A stretch of 64,000 nucleotides of DNA, taken from Auanema rhodensis (lineage: Eukaryota > Animalia > Nematoda). Made by a program: the position numbers and the translations under genes. The DNA is taken from positions 16,430,001 through 16,494,000 of the forward strand of contig OZ059900.1 of NCBI GenBank assembly GCA_964057225.1. The letters are read 5' to 3'. Positions 43,001 to 56,087 of this stretch are shown in pieces. The first letter of the stretch is position 1. Every line of letters begins with the position of its first letter. The notes under the pieces were generated by a model, which was given only the letters and a program-made list of their open reading frames with translations, did no database searches and was not told the origin of the DNA.

Positions 43001-46000
43001 TTAATCAATATTAGCCATAAGGGGCGTGCCCTCAGAATATGCTAATTTCCTTAATTTTCTAACCCCTGTTTTTTTGTCGTGAAAGTGGAACTAGACGTTG
43101 TACGAACAATTTTGAGCTAGGTTTCATTGACATTGCATGAGTTTGAACACATGAAATCGTAAGTCAAAACCTTGTTTACAGCGAAAATTCCAAAAACTGG
43201 TTTTCCAGCATAATAAAATATTTCTCATGGGAAATACTGTGTTTTTGTATTTTTCTAGTGTTCAGCATGTAAAATGCTTCATTTTAGTATGTAACACGCT
43301 GAAATTCGTTGCATTTGACGACTCATATGAACAAAAATCGATTTAATCAATATTAGCCATAAGGGGCGTGCCCTCAGAATATACTAATTTCCTTAATTTT
43401 CTAACCCCTGTTTTTTTGTCGTGAAAGTGGAACTAGACGTTGTACGAACAATTTTGAGCTAGGTTTCATTGACATTGCATGAGTTTGAACACATGAAATC
43501 GTAAGTCAAAACCTTGTTTACAGCGAAAATTCCAAAAACTGGTTTTCCAGCATAATAAAATATTTCTCATGGGAAATACTGTGTTTTTGTATTTTTCTAG
43601 TGTTCAGCATGTGAAATACTTCATTTTAGTATGTAACACGCTGAAATTCGTTGCATTTGACGACTCATATGAACAAAAATCGATTTAATCAATATTAGCC
43701 ATAAGGGGCGTGCCCTCAGAATATGCTAATTTCCTAAATTTTCTAACCCCTGTTTTTTTGTCGTGAAAGTGGAACTAGACGTTGTACGAACAATTTTGAG
43801 CTAGGTTTCATTGACATTGCATGAGTTTGAACACATGAAATCGTAAGTCAAAACCTTGTTTACAGCGAAATTTCCAAAAACTGGTTTTCCAGCATAATAA
43901 AATATTTCTCATGGGAAATACTGTGTTTTTGTATTTTTCTAGTGTTCAGCATGTAAAATGCTTCATTTTAGTATGTAACACGCTGAAATTCGTTGCATTT
44001 GACGACTCATATGAACAAAAATCGATTTAATCAATATTAGCCATAAGGGGCGTGCCCTCAGAATATGCTAATTTCCTTAATTTTCTAACCCCTGTTTTTT
44101 TGTCGTGAAAGTGGAACTAGACGTTGTACAAACAATTTTGAGCTAGGTTTCATTGACATTGCATGAGTTTGAACACATGGAATCGTAAGTCAAAACCTTG
44201 TTTACAGCGAAATTTCCAAAAACTGGTTTTCCAGCATAATAAAATATTTCTCATGGGAAATACTGTGTTTTTGTATTTTTCTAGTGTTCAGCATGTAAAA
44301 TGCTTCATTTTAGTATGTAACACGCTGAAATTCGTTGCATTTGACGACTCATATGAACAAAAATCGATTTAATCAATATTAGCCATAAGGGGCGTGCCCT
44401 CAGAATATGCTAATTTCCTTAATTTTCTAACCCCTGTTTTTTTGTCGTGAAAGTGGAACTAGACGTTGTACAAACAATTTTGAGCTAGGTTTCATTGACA
44501 TTGCATGAGTTTGAACACATGGAATCGTAAGTCAAAACCTTGTTTACAGCGAAATTTCCAAAAACTGGTTTTCCAGCATAATAAAATATTTCTCATGGGA
44601 AATACTGTGTTTTTGTATTTTTCTAGTGTTCAGCATGTAAAATGCTTCATTTTAGTATGTAACACGCTGAAATTCGTTGCATTTGACGACTCATATGAAC
44701 AAAAATCGATTTAATCAATATTAGCCATAAGGGGCGTGCCCTCAGAATATGCTAATTTCCTTAATTTTCTAACCCCTGTTTTTTTGTCGTGAAAGTGGAA
44801 CTAGACGTTGTACGAACAATTTTGAGCTAGGTTTCATTGACATTGCATGAGTTTGAACACATGAAATCGTAAGTCAAAACCTTGTTTACAGCGAAAATTC
44901 CAAAAACTGGTTTTCCAGCATAATAAAATATTTCTCATGGGAAATACTGTGTTTTTGTATTTTTCTAGTGTTCAGCATGTAAAATGCTTCATTTTAGTAT
45001 GTAACACGCTGAAATTCGTTGCATTTGACGACTCATATGAACAAAAATCGATTTAATCAATATTAGCCATAAGGGGCGTGCCCTCAGAATATGCTAATTT
45101 CCTTAATTTTCTAACCCTTGTTTTTTTGTCGTGAAAGTGGAACTAGACGTTGTACAAACAATTTTGAGCTAGGTTTCATTGACATTGCATGAGTTTGAAC
45201 ACATGAAATCGTAAGTCAAAACCTTGTTTACAGCGAAATTTCCAAAAACTGGTTTTCCAGCATGATAAAATATTTCTCATGGGAAATACTGTGTTTTTGT
45301 ATTTTTCTAGTGTTCAGCATGTGAAATGCTTCATTTTAGTATGTAACACGCTGAAATTCGTTGCATTTGACGACTCATATGAACAAAAATCGATTTAATC
45401 AATATTAGCCATAAGGGGCGTGCCCTCAGAATATACTAATTTCCTTAATTTTCTAACCCCTGTTTTTTTTGTCGTGAAAGTGGAACTAGACGTTGTACAA
45501 ACAATTTTGAGCTAGGTTTCATTGACATTGCATGAGTTTGAACACATGAAATCGTAAGTCAAAACCTTGTTTACAGCGAAATTTCCAAAAACTGGTTTTC
45601 CAGCATAATAAAATATTTCTCATGGGAAATACTGTGTTTTTGTATTTTTCTAGTGTTCAGCATGTAAAATGCTTCATTTTAGTATGTAACACGCTGAAAT
45701 TCGTTGCATTTGACGACTCATATGAACAAAAATCGATTTAATCATTATTAGCCATAAGGGGCGTGCCCTCAGAATATGCTAATTTCCTTAATTTTCTAAC
45801 CCCTGTTTTTTTGTCGTGAAAGTGGAACTAGACGTTGTACGAACAATTTTGAGCTAGGTTTCATTGACATTGCATGAGTTTGAACACATGAAATCGTAAG
45901 TCAAAACCTTGTTTACAGCGAAATTTCCAAAAACTGGTTTTCCAGCATAATAAAATATTTCTCATGGGAAATACTGTGTTTTTGTATTTTTCTAGTGTTC

Positions 46001-47195
46001 AGCATGTAAAATGCTTCATTTTAGTATGTAACACGCTGAAATTCGTTGCATTTGACGACTCATATGAACAAAAATCGATTTAATCAATATTAGCCATAAG
46101 GGGCGTGCCCTCAGAATATGCTAATTTCCTTAATTTTCTAACCCCTGTTTTTTTGTCGTGAAAGTGGAACTAGACGTTGTACGAACAATTTTGAGCTAAG
46201 TTTCATTGACATTGCATGAGTTTGAACACATGAAATCGTAAGTCAAAACCTTGTTTACAGCGAAATTTCCAAAAACTGGTTTTCCAGCATAATAAAATAT
46301 TTCTCATGGGAAATACTGTGTTTTTGTTTTTTTCTAGTGTTCAGCATGTAAAATGCTTCATTTTAGTATGTAACACGCAGAAATTCGTTGCATTTGACGA
46401 CTCATATGAACAAAAATCGATTTAATCATTATTAGCCATAAGGGGCGTGCCCTCAGAATATGCTAATTTCCTTAATTTTCTAACCCCTGTTTTTTTGTCG
46501 TGAAAGTGGAACTAGACGTTGTACGAACAATTTTGAGCTAGGTTTCATTGACATTGCATGAGTTTGAACACATGAAATCGTAAGTCAAAACCTTGTTTAC
46601 AGCGAAATTTCCAAAAACTGGTTTTCCAGCATAATAAAATATTTCTCATGGGAAATACTGTGTTTTTGTATTTTTCTAGTGTTCAGCATGTAAAATGTTT
46701 CATTTTAGTATGTAACACGCTGAAATTCGTTGCATTTGACGACTCATATGAACAAAAATCGATTTAATCAATATTAGCCATAAGGGGCGTGCCCTCAGAA
46801 TATGCTAATTTCCTTAATTTTCTAACCCCTGTTTTTTTGTCGTGAAAGTGGAACTAGACGTTGTACGAACAATTTTGAGCTAGGTTTCATTGACATTGCA
46901 TGAGTTTGAACACATGAAATCGTAAGTCAAAACCTTGTTTACAGCGAAATTTCCAAAAACTGGTTTTCCAGCATAATAAAATATTTCTCATGGGAAATAC
47001 TGTGTTTTTGTATTTTTCTAGTGTTCAGCATGTAAAATGCTTCATTTTAGTATGTAACACGCTGAAATTCGTTGCATTTGACGACTCATATGAACAAAAA
47101 TCGATTTAATCAATATTAGCCATAAGGGGCGTGCCCTCAGAATATGCTAATTTCCTTAATTTTCTAACCCCTGTTTTTTTGTCGTGAAAGTGGAA

Positions 47196-50100
47196 CTAGA
47201 CGTTGTACGAACAATTTTGAGCTAGGTTTCATTGACATTGCATGAGTTTGAACACATGAAATCGTAAGTCAAAACCTTGTTTACAGCGAAATTTCCAAAA
47301 ACTGGTTTTCCAGCATAATAAAATATTTCTCATGGGAAATACTGTGTTTTTGTATTTTTCTAGTGTTCAGCATGTAAAATGCTTCATTTTAGTATGTAAC
47401 ACGCTGAAATTCGTTGCATTTGACGACTCATATGAACAAAAATCGATTTAATCAATATTAGCTATAAGGGGCGTGCCCTCAGAATATGCTAATTTCCTTA
47501 ATTTTCTAACCCCTGTTTTTTTGTCGTGAAAGTGGAACTAGACGTTGTACGAACAATTTTGAGCTAAGTTTCATTGACATTGCATGAGTTTGAACATATG
47601 AAATCGTAAGTCAAAACCTTGTTTACAGCGAAATTTCCAAAAACTGGTTTTCCAGCATAATAAAATATTTCTCATGGGAAATACTGTGTTTTTGTATTTT
47701 TTTAGTGTTCAGCATGTAAAATGCTTCATTTTAGTATGTAACACGCTGAAATTCGTTGCATTTGACGACTCATATGAACAAAAATCGATTTAATCAATAT
47801 TAGCCATAAGGGGCGTGCCCTCAGAATATGCTAATTTCCTTAATTTTCTAACCCCTGTTTTTTTGTCGTGAAAGTGGAACTAGACGTTGTACGAACAATT
47901 TTGAGCTAGGTTTCATTGACATTGCATGAGTTTGAACACATGAAATCGTAAGTCAAAACCTTGTTTACAGCGAAATTTCCAAAAACTGGTTTTCCAGCAT
48001 AATAAAATATTTCTCATGGGAAATACTGTGTTTTTGTATTTTTCTAGTGTTCAGCATGTAAAATGCTTCATTTTAGTATGTAACACGCTGAAATTCGTTG
48101 CATTTGACGACTCATATGAACAAAAATCGATTTAATCAATATTAGCCATAAGGGGCGTGCCCTCAGAATATGCTAATTTCCTTAATTTTCTAACCCCTGT
48201 TTTTTTGTCGTGAAAGTGGAACTAGACGTTGTACGAACAATTTTGAGCTAGGTTTCATTGACATTGCATGAGTTTGAACACATGAAATCGTAAGTCAAAA
48301 CCTTGTTTACAGCGAAATTTCCAAAAACTGGTTTTCCAGCATAATAAAATATTTTTCATGAGAAATACTGTGTTTTTGTATTTTTCTAGTGTTCAGCATG
48401 TAAAATGCTTCATTTTAGTATGTAACACGCTGAAATTCGTTGCATTTGACGACTCATATGAACAAAAATCGAATTAATCAATATTAGCCATAAGGGGCGT
48501 GCCCTCAGAATATGCTAATTTCCTTAATTTTCTAACCCCTGTTTTTTTGTCGTGAAAGTGGAACTAGACGTTGTACAAACAATTTTGAGCAAGGTTTCAT
48601 TGACATTGCATGAATTTGAACACATGAAATCGTAAGTCAAAACCTTGTTTACAGCGAAATTTCCAAAAACTGGTTTTCCAGCATAATAAAATATTTCTCA
48701 TGGGAAATACTGTGTTTTTGTATTTTTCTAGTGTTCAGCATGTAAAATGCTTCATTTTGGTATGTAACACGCTGAAATTCGTTGCATTTGACGACTCATA
48801 TGAACAAAAATCGATTTAATCAATATTAGCCATAAGGGGCGTGCCCTCAGAATATGCTAATTTCCTTAATTTTCTAACCCCTGTTTTTTTGTCGTGAAAG
48901 TGGAACTAGACGTTGTACGAACAATTTTGAGCTAGGTTTCATTGACATTGCATGAGTTTGAACACATGAAATCGTAAGTCAAAACCTTGTTTACAGCGAA
49001 ATTTCCAAAAACTGGTTTTCCAGCATAATAAAATATTTCTCATGGGAAATACTGTGTTTTTGTATTTTTCTAGTGTTCAGCATGTAAAATGCTTCATTTT
49101 AGTATGTAACACGCTGAAATTCGTTGCATTTGACGACTCATATGAACAAAAATCGATTTAATCAATATTAGCCATAAGGGGCGTGCCCTCAGAATATGCT
49201 AATTTCCTTAATTTTCTAACCCCTGTTTTTTTGTCGTGAAAGTGGAACTAGGCGTTGTACGAACAATTTTGAGCTAGGTTTCATTGACATTGCATGAGTT
49301 TGAACACATGAAATCGTAAGTGAAAACCTTGTTTACAGCGAAATTTCCAAAAACTGGTTTTCCAGCATAATAAAATATTTCTCATGGGAAATACTGTGTT
49401 TTTGTATTTTTCTAGTGTTCAGCATGTAAAATGCTTCATTTTAGTATGTAACACGCTGAAATTCGTTGCATTTGACGACTCATATGAACAAAAATCGATT
49501 TAATCAATATTAGCCATAAGGGGCGTGCCCTCAGAATATGCTAACTTCCTTAATTTTCTAACCCCTGTTTTTTTGTCGTGAAAGTGGAACTAGACGTTGT
49601 ACGAACAATTTTGAGCTAGGTTTCATTGACATTGCATGAGTTTGAACACATGAAATCGTAAGTCAAAACCTTGTTTACAGCGAAATTTCCAAAAACTGGT
49701 TTTCCAGCATAATAAAATATTTCTCATGGGAAATACTGTGTTTTTGTTTTTTTCTAGTGTTCAGCATGTAAAATGCTTAATTTTAGTATGTAACACGCTG
49801 AAATTCGTTGCATTTGACGACTCATATGAACAAAAATCGATTTAATCAATATTAGCCATAAGGGGCGTGCCCTCAGAATATGCTAATTTCCTTAATTTTC
49901 TAACCCCTGTTTTTTTGTCGTTAAAGTGGAACTAGACGTTGTACGAACAATTTTGAGCTAGGTTTCATTGACATTGCATGAGTTTGAACACATGAAATCG
50001 TAAGTCAAAACCTTGTTTACAGCGAAATTTCCAAAAACTGGTTTTCCAGCATAATAAAATATTTCTCATGGGAAATACTGTGTTTTTGTATTTTTCTAGT

Positions 50101-53100
50101 GTTCAGCATGTAAAATGCTTCATTTTAGTATGTAACACGCTGAAATTCGTTGCATTTGACGACTCATATGAACAAAAATCGATTTAATCATTATTAGCCA
50201 TAAGGGGCGTGCCCTCAGAATATGCTAATTTCCTTAATTTTCTAACCCCTGTTTTTTTGTCGTGAAAGTGGAACTAGACGTTGTACGAACAATTTTGAGC
50301 TAGGTTTCATTGACATTGCATGAGTTTGAACACATGAAATCGTAAGTCAAAACCTTGTTTACAGCGAAATTTCCAAAAACTGGTTTTCCAGCATAATAAA
50401 ATATTTCTCATGGGAAATACTGTGTTTTTGTATTTTTCTAGTGTTCAGCATGTAAAATGTTTCATTTTAGTATGTAACACGCTGAAATTCGTTGCATTTG
50501 ACGACTCATATGAACAAAAATCGATTTAATCAATATTAGCCATAAGGGGCGTGCCCTCAGAATATGCTAATTTCCTTAATTTTCTAACCCCTGTTTTTTT
50601 GTCGTGAAAGTGGAACTAGACGTTGTACGAACAATTTTGAGCTAGGTTTCATTGACATTGCATGAGTTTGAACACATGAAATCGTAAGTGAAAACCTTGT
50701 TTACAGCGAAATTTCCAAAAACTGGTTTTCCAGCATAATAAAATATTTCTCATGGGAAATACTGTGTTTTTGTATTTTTCTAGTGTTCAGCATGTAAAAT
50801 GCTTCATTTTAGTATGTAACACGCTGAAATTCGTTGCATTTGACGACTCATATGAACAAAAATCGATTTAATCAATATTAGCTATAAGGGGCGTGCCCTC
50901 AGAATATGCTAACTTCCTTAATTTTCTAACCCCTGTTTTTTTGTCGTGAAAGTGGAACTAGACGTTGTACGAACAATTTTGAGCTAAGTTTCATTGACAT
51001 TGCATGAGTTTGAACACATGAAATCGTAAGTCAAAACCTTGTTTACAGCGAAATTTCCAAAAACTGGTTTTCCAGCATAATAAAATATTTCTCATGGGAA
51101 ATACTGTGTTTTTGTTTTTTTCTAGTGTTCAGCATGTAAAATGCTTAATTTTAGTATGTAACACGCTGAAATTCGTTGCATTTGACGACTCATATGAACA
51201 AAAATCGATTTAATCAATATTAGCCATAAGGGGCGTGCCCTCAGAATATGCTAATTTCCTTAATTTTCTAACCCCTGTTTTTTTGTCGTTAAAGTGGAAC
51301 TAGACGTTGTACGAACAATTTTGAGCTAGGTTTCATTGACATTGCATGAGTTTGAACACATGAAATCGTAAGTCAAAACCTTGTTTACAGCGAAATTTCC
51401 AAAAACTGGTTTTCCAGCATAATAAAATATTTCTCATGGGAAATACTGTGTTTTTGTATTTTTCTAGTGTTCAGCATGTAAAATGCTTCATTTTAGTATG
51501 TAACACGCTGAAATTCGTTGCATTTGACGACTCATATGAACAAAAATCGATTTAATCATTATTAGCCATAAGGGGCGTGCCCTCAGAATATGCTAATTTC
51601 CTTAATTTTCTAACCCCTGTTTTTTTGTCGTGAAAGTGGAACTAGACGTTGTACGAACAATTTTGAGCTAGGTTTCATTGACATTGCATGAGTTTGAACA
51701 CATGAAATCGTAAGTCAAAACCTTGTTTACAGCGAAATTTCCAAAAACTGGTTTTCCAGCATAATAAAATATTTCTCATGGGAAATACTGTGTTTTTGTA
51801 TTTTTCTAGTGTTCAGCATGTAAAATGCTTCATTTTAGTATGTAACACGCTGAAATTCGTTGCATTTGACGACTCATATGAACAAAAATCGATTTAATCA
51901 ATATTAGCCATAAGGGGCGTGCCCTCAGAATATGCTAATTTCCTTAATTTTCTAACCCCTGTTTTTTTGTCGTGAAAGTGGAACTAGACGTTGTACGAAC
52001 AATTTTGAGCTAGGTTTCATTGACATTGCATGAGTTTGAACACATGAAATCGTAAGTCAAAACCTTGTTTACAGCGAAATTTCCAAAAACTGGTTTTCCA
52101 GCATAATAAAATATTTTTCATGAGAAATACTGTGTTTTTGTATTTTTCTAGTGTTCAGCATGTAAAATGCTTCATTTTAGTATGTAACACGCTGAAATTC
52201 GTTGCATTTGACGACTCATATGAACAAAAATCGAATTAATCAATATTAGCCATAAGGGGCGTGCCCTCAGAATATGCTAATTTCCTTAATTTTCTAACCC
52301 CTGTTTTTTTGTCGTGAAAGTGGAACTAGACGTTGTACAAACAATTTTGAGCAAGGTTTCATTGACATTGCATGAATTTGAACACATGAAATCGTAAGTC
52401 AAAACCTTGTTTACAGCGAAATTTCCAAAATCTGGTTTTCCAGCATAATAAAATATTTCTCATGGGAAATACTGTGTTTTTGTATTTTTCTAGTGTTCAG
52501 CATGTAAAATGCTTCATTTTGGTATGTAACACGCTGAAATTCGTTGCATTTGACGACTCATATGAACAAAAATCGATTTAATCAATATTAGCCATAAGGG
52601 GCGTGCCCTCAGAATATGCTAATTTCCTTAATTTTCTAACCCCTGTTTTTTTGTCGTGAAAGTGGAACTAGACGTTGTACGAACAATTTTGAGCTAGGTT
52701 TCATTGACATTGCATGAGTTTGAACACATGAAATCGTAAGTCAAAACCTTGTTTACAGCGAAATTTCCAAAAACTGGTTTTCCAGCATAATAAAATATTT
52801 TTCATGAGAAATACTGTGTTTTTGTATTTTTCTAGTGTTCAGCATGTAAAATGCTTCATTTTAGTATGTAACACGCTGAAATTCGTTGCATTTGACGACT
52901 CATATGAACAAAAATCGAATTAATCAATATTAGCCATAAGGGGCGTGCCCTCAGAATATGCTAATTTCCTTAATTTTCTAACCCCTGTTTTTTTGTCGTG
53001 AAAGTGGAACTAGACGTTGTACGAACAATTTTGAGCTAGGTTTCATTGACATTGCATGAGTTTGAACACATGAAATCGTAAGTCAAAACCTTGTTTACAG

Positions 53101-56087
53101 CGAAATTTCCAAAAACTGGTTTTCCAGCATAATAAAATATTTCTCATGGGAAATACTGTGTTTTTGTATTTTTCTAGTGTTCAGCATGTAAAATGTTTCA
53201 TTTTAGTATGTAACACGCTGAAATTCGTTGCATTTGACGACTCATATGAACAAAAATCGATTTAATCAATATTAGCCATAAGGGGCGTGCCCTCAGAATA
53301 TGCTAATTTCCTTAATTTTCTAACCCCTGTTTTTTTGTCGTGAAAGTGGAACTAGACGTTGTACGAACAATTTTGAGCTAGGTTTCATTGACATTGCATG
53401 AGTTTGAACACATGAAATCGTAAGTCAAAACCTTGTTTACAGCGAAATTTCCAAAAACTGGTTTTCCAGCATAATAAAATATTTCTCATGGGAAATACTG
53501 TGTTTTTGTATTTTTCTAGTGTTCAGCATGTAAAATGCTTCATTTTAGTATGTAACACGCTGAAATTCGTTGCATTTGACGACTCATATGAACAAAAATC
53601 GATTTAATCAATATTAGCTATAAGGGGCGTGCCCTCAGAATATGCTAATTTCCTTAATTTTCTAACCCCTGTTTTTTTGTCGTGAAAGTGGAACTAGACG
53701 TTGTACGAACAATTTTGAGCTAAGTTTCATTGACATTGCATGAGTTTGAACATATGAAATCGTAAGTCAAAACCTTGTTTACAGCGAAATTTCCAAAAAC
53801 TGGTTTTCCAGCATAATAAAATATTTCTCATGGGAAATACTGTGTTTTTGTATTTTTTTAGTGTTCAGCATGTAAAATGCTTCATTTTAGTATGTAACAC
53901 GCTGAAATTCGTTGCATTTGACGACTCATATGAACAAAAATCGATTTAATCAATATTAGCCATAAGGGGCGTGCCCTCAGAATATGCTAATTTCCTTAAT
54001 TTTCTAACCCCTGTTTTTTTGTCGTGAAAGTGGAACTAGACGTTGTACGAACAATTTTGAGCTAGGTTTCATTGACATTGCATGAGTTTGAACACATGAA
54101 ATCGTAAGTCAAAACCTTGTTTACAGCGAAATTTCCAAAAACTGGTTTTCCAGCATAATAAAATATTTCTCATGGGAAATACTGTGTTTTTGTATTTTTC
54201 TAGTGTTCAGCATGTAAAATGCTTCATTTTAGTATGTAACACGCTGAAATTCGTTGCATTTGACGACTCATATGAACAAAAATCGATTTAATCAATATTA
54301 GCCATAAGGGGCGTGCCCTCAGAATATGCTAATTTCCTTAATTTTCTAACCCCTGTTTTTTTGTCGTGAAAGTGGAACTAGACGTTGTACGAACAATTTT
54401 GAGCTAGGTTTCATTGACATTGCATGAGTTTGAACACATGAAATCGTAAGTCAAAACCTTGTTTACAGCGAAATTTCCAAAAACTGGTTTTCCAGCATAA
54501 TAAAATATTTTTCATGAGAAATACTGTGTTTTTGTATTTTTCTAGTGTTCAGCATGTAAAATGCTTCATTTTAGTATGTAACACGCTGAAATTCGTTGCA
54601 TTTGACGACTCATATGAACAAAAATCGAATTAATCAATATTAGCCATAAGGGGCGTGCCCTCAGAATATGCTAATTTCCTTAATTTTCTAACCCCTGTTT
54701 TTTTGTCGTGAAAGTGGAACTAGACGTTGTACAAACAATTTTGAGCAAGGTTTCATTGACATTGCATGAATTTGAACACATGAAATCGTAAGTCAAAACC
54801 TTGTTTACAGCGAAATTTCCAAAATCTGGTTTTCCAGCATAATAAAATATTTCTCATGGGAAATACTGTGTTTTTGTATTTTTCTAGTGTTCAGCATGTA
54901 AAATGCTTCATTTTGGTATGTAACACGCTGAAATTCGTTGCATTTGACGACTCATATGAACAAAAATCGATTTAATCAATATTAGCCATAAGGGGCGTGC
55001 CCTCAGAATATGCTAATTTCCTTAATTTTCTAACCCCTGTTTTTTTGTCGTGAAAGTGGAACTAGACGTTGTACGAACAATTTTGAGCTAGGTTTCATTG
55101 ACATTGCATGAGTTTGAACACATGAAATCGTAAGTCAAAACCTTGTTTACAGCGAAATTTCCAAAAACTGGTTTTCCAGCATAATAAAATATTTCTCATG
55201 GGAAATACTGTGTTTTTGTATTTTTCTAGTGTTCAGCATGTAAAATGCTTCATTTTAGTATGTAACACGCTGAAATTCGTTGCATTTGACGACTCATATG
55301 AACAAAAATCGATTTAATCAATATTAGCCATAAGGGGCGTGCCCTCAGAATATGCTAATTTCCTTAATTTTCTAACCCCTGTTTTTTTGTCGTGAAAGTG
55401 GAACTAGGCGTTGTACGAACAATTTTGAGCTAGGTTTCATTGACATTGCATGAGTTTGAACACATGAAATCGTAAGTGAAAACCTTGTTTACAGCGAAAT
55501 TTCCAAAAACTGGTTTTCCAGCATAATAAAATATTTCTCATGGGAAATACTGTGTTTTTGTATTTTTCTAGTGTTCAGCATGTAAAATGCTTCATTTTAG
55601 TATGTAACACGCTGAAATTCGTTGCATTTGACGACTCATATGAACAAAAATCGATTTAATCAATATTAGCCATAAGGGGCGTGCCCTCAGAATATGCTAA
55701 CTTCCTTAATTTTCTAACCCCTGTTTTTTTGTCGTGAAAGTGGAACTAGACGTTGTACGAACAATTTTGAGCTAGGTTTCATTGACATTGCATGAGTTTG
55801 AACACATGAAATCGTAAGTCAAAACCTTGTTTACAGCGAAATTTCCAAAAACTGGTTTTCCAGCATAATAAAATATTTCTCATGGGAAATACTGTGTTTT
55901 TGTTTTTTTCTAGTGTTCAGCATGTAAAATGCTTAATTTTAGTATGTAACACGCTGAAATTCGTTGCATTTGACGACTCATATGAACAAAAATCGATTTA
56001 ATCAATATTAGCCATAAGGGGCGTGCCCTCAGAATATGCTAATTTCCTTAATTTTCTAACCCCTGTTTTTTTGTCGTTAAAGTGGAA
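47196..56087 (+). repeat. 8-monomer block present twice, 18 monomers apart (M139-146 at 47196-49931; M157-164 at 53352-56087)
   Basis: Same ordered variants in both copies. The only difference I saw is A106T in M161. Confidence 0.85.

Larger units (their letters stand above)
28043..45485 (+). repeat. Variant domain II (M83-M133)
   Basis: Markers C13G, G230T, C302A, C209A, A269G, C165A, A64G, T97A, G186A, and G140A without C134T. G30A, A159T and A243C are absent. Confidence 0.8.

Noticed and set aside
35271-44714. Eight 69-aa ORFs as protein-coding genes
   Set aside because: They are satellite monomers with one stop-removing SNP. The other 179 full copies have the stop, there is no codon-position bias in variants, and I recognise no domain.
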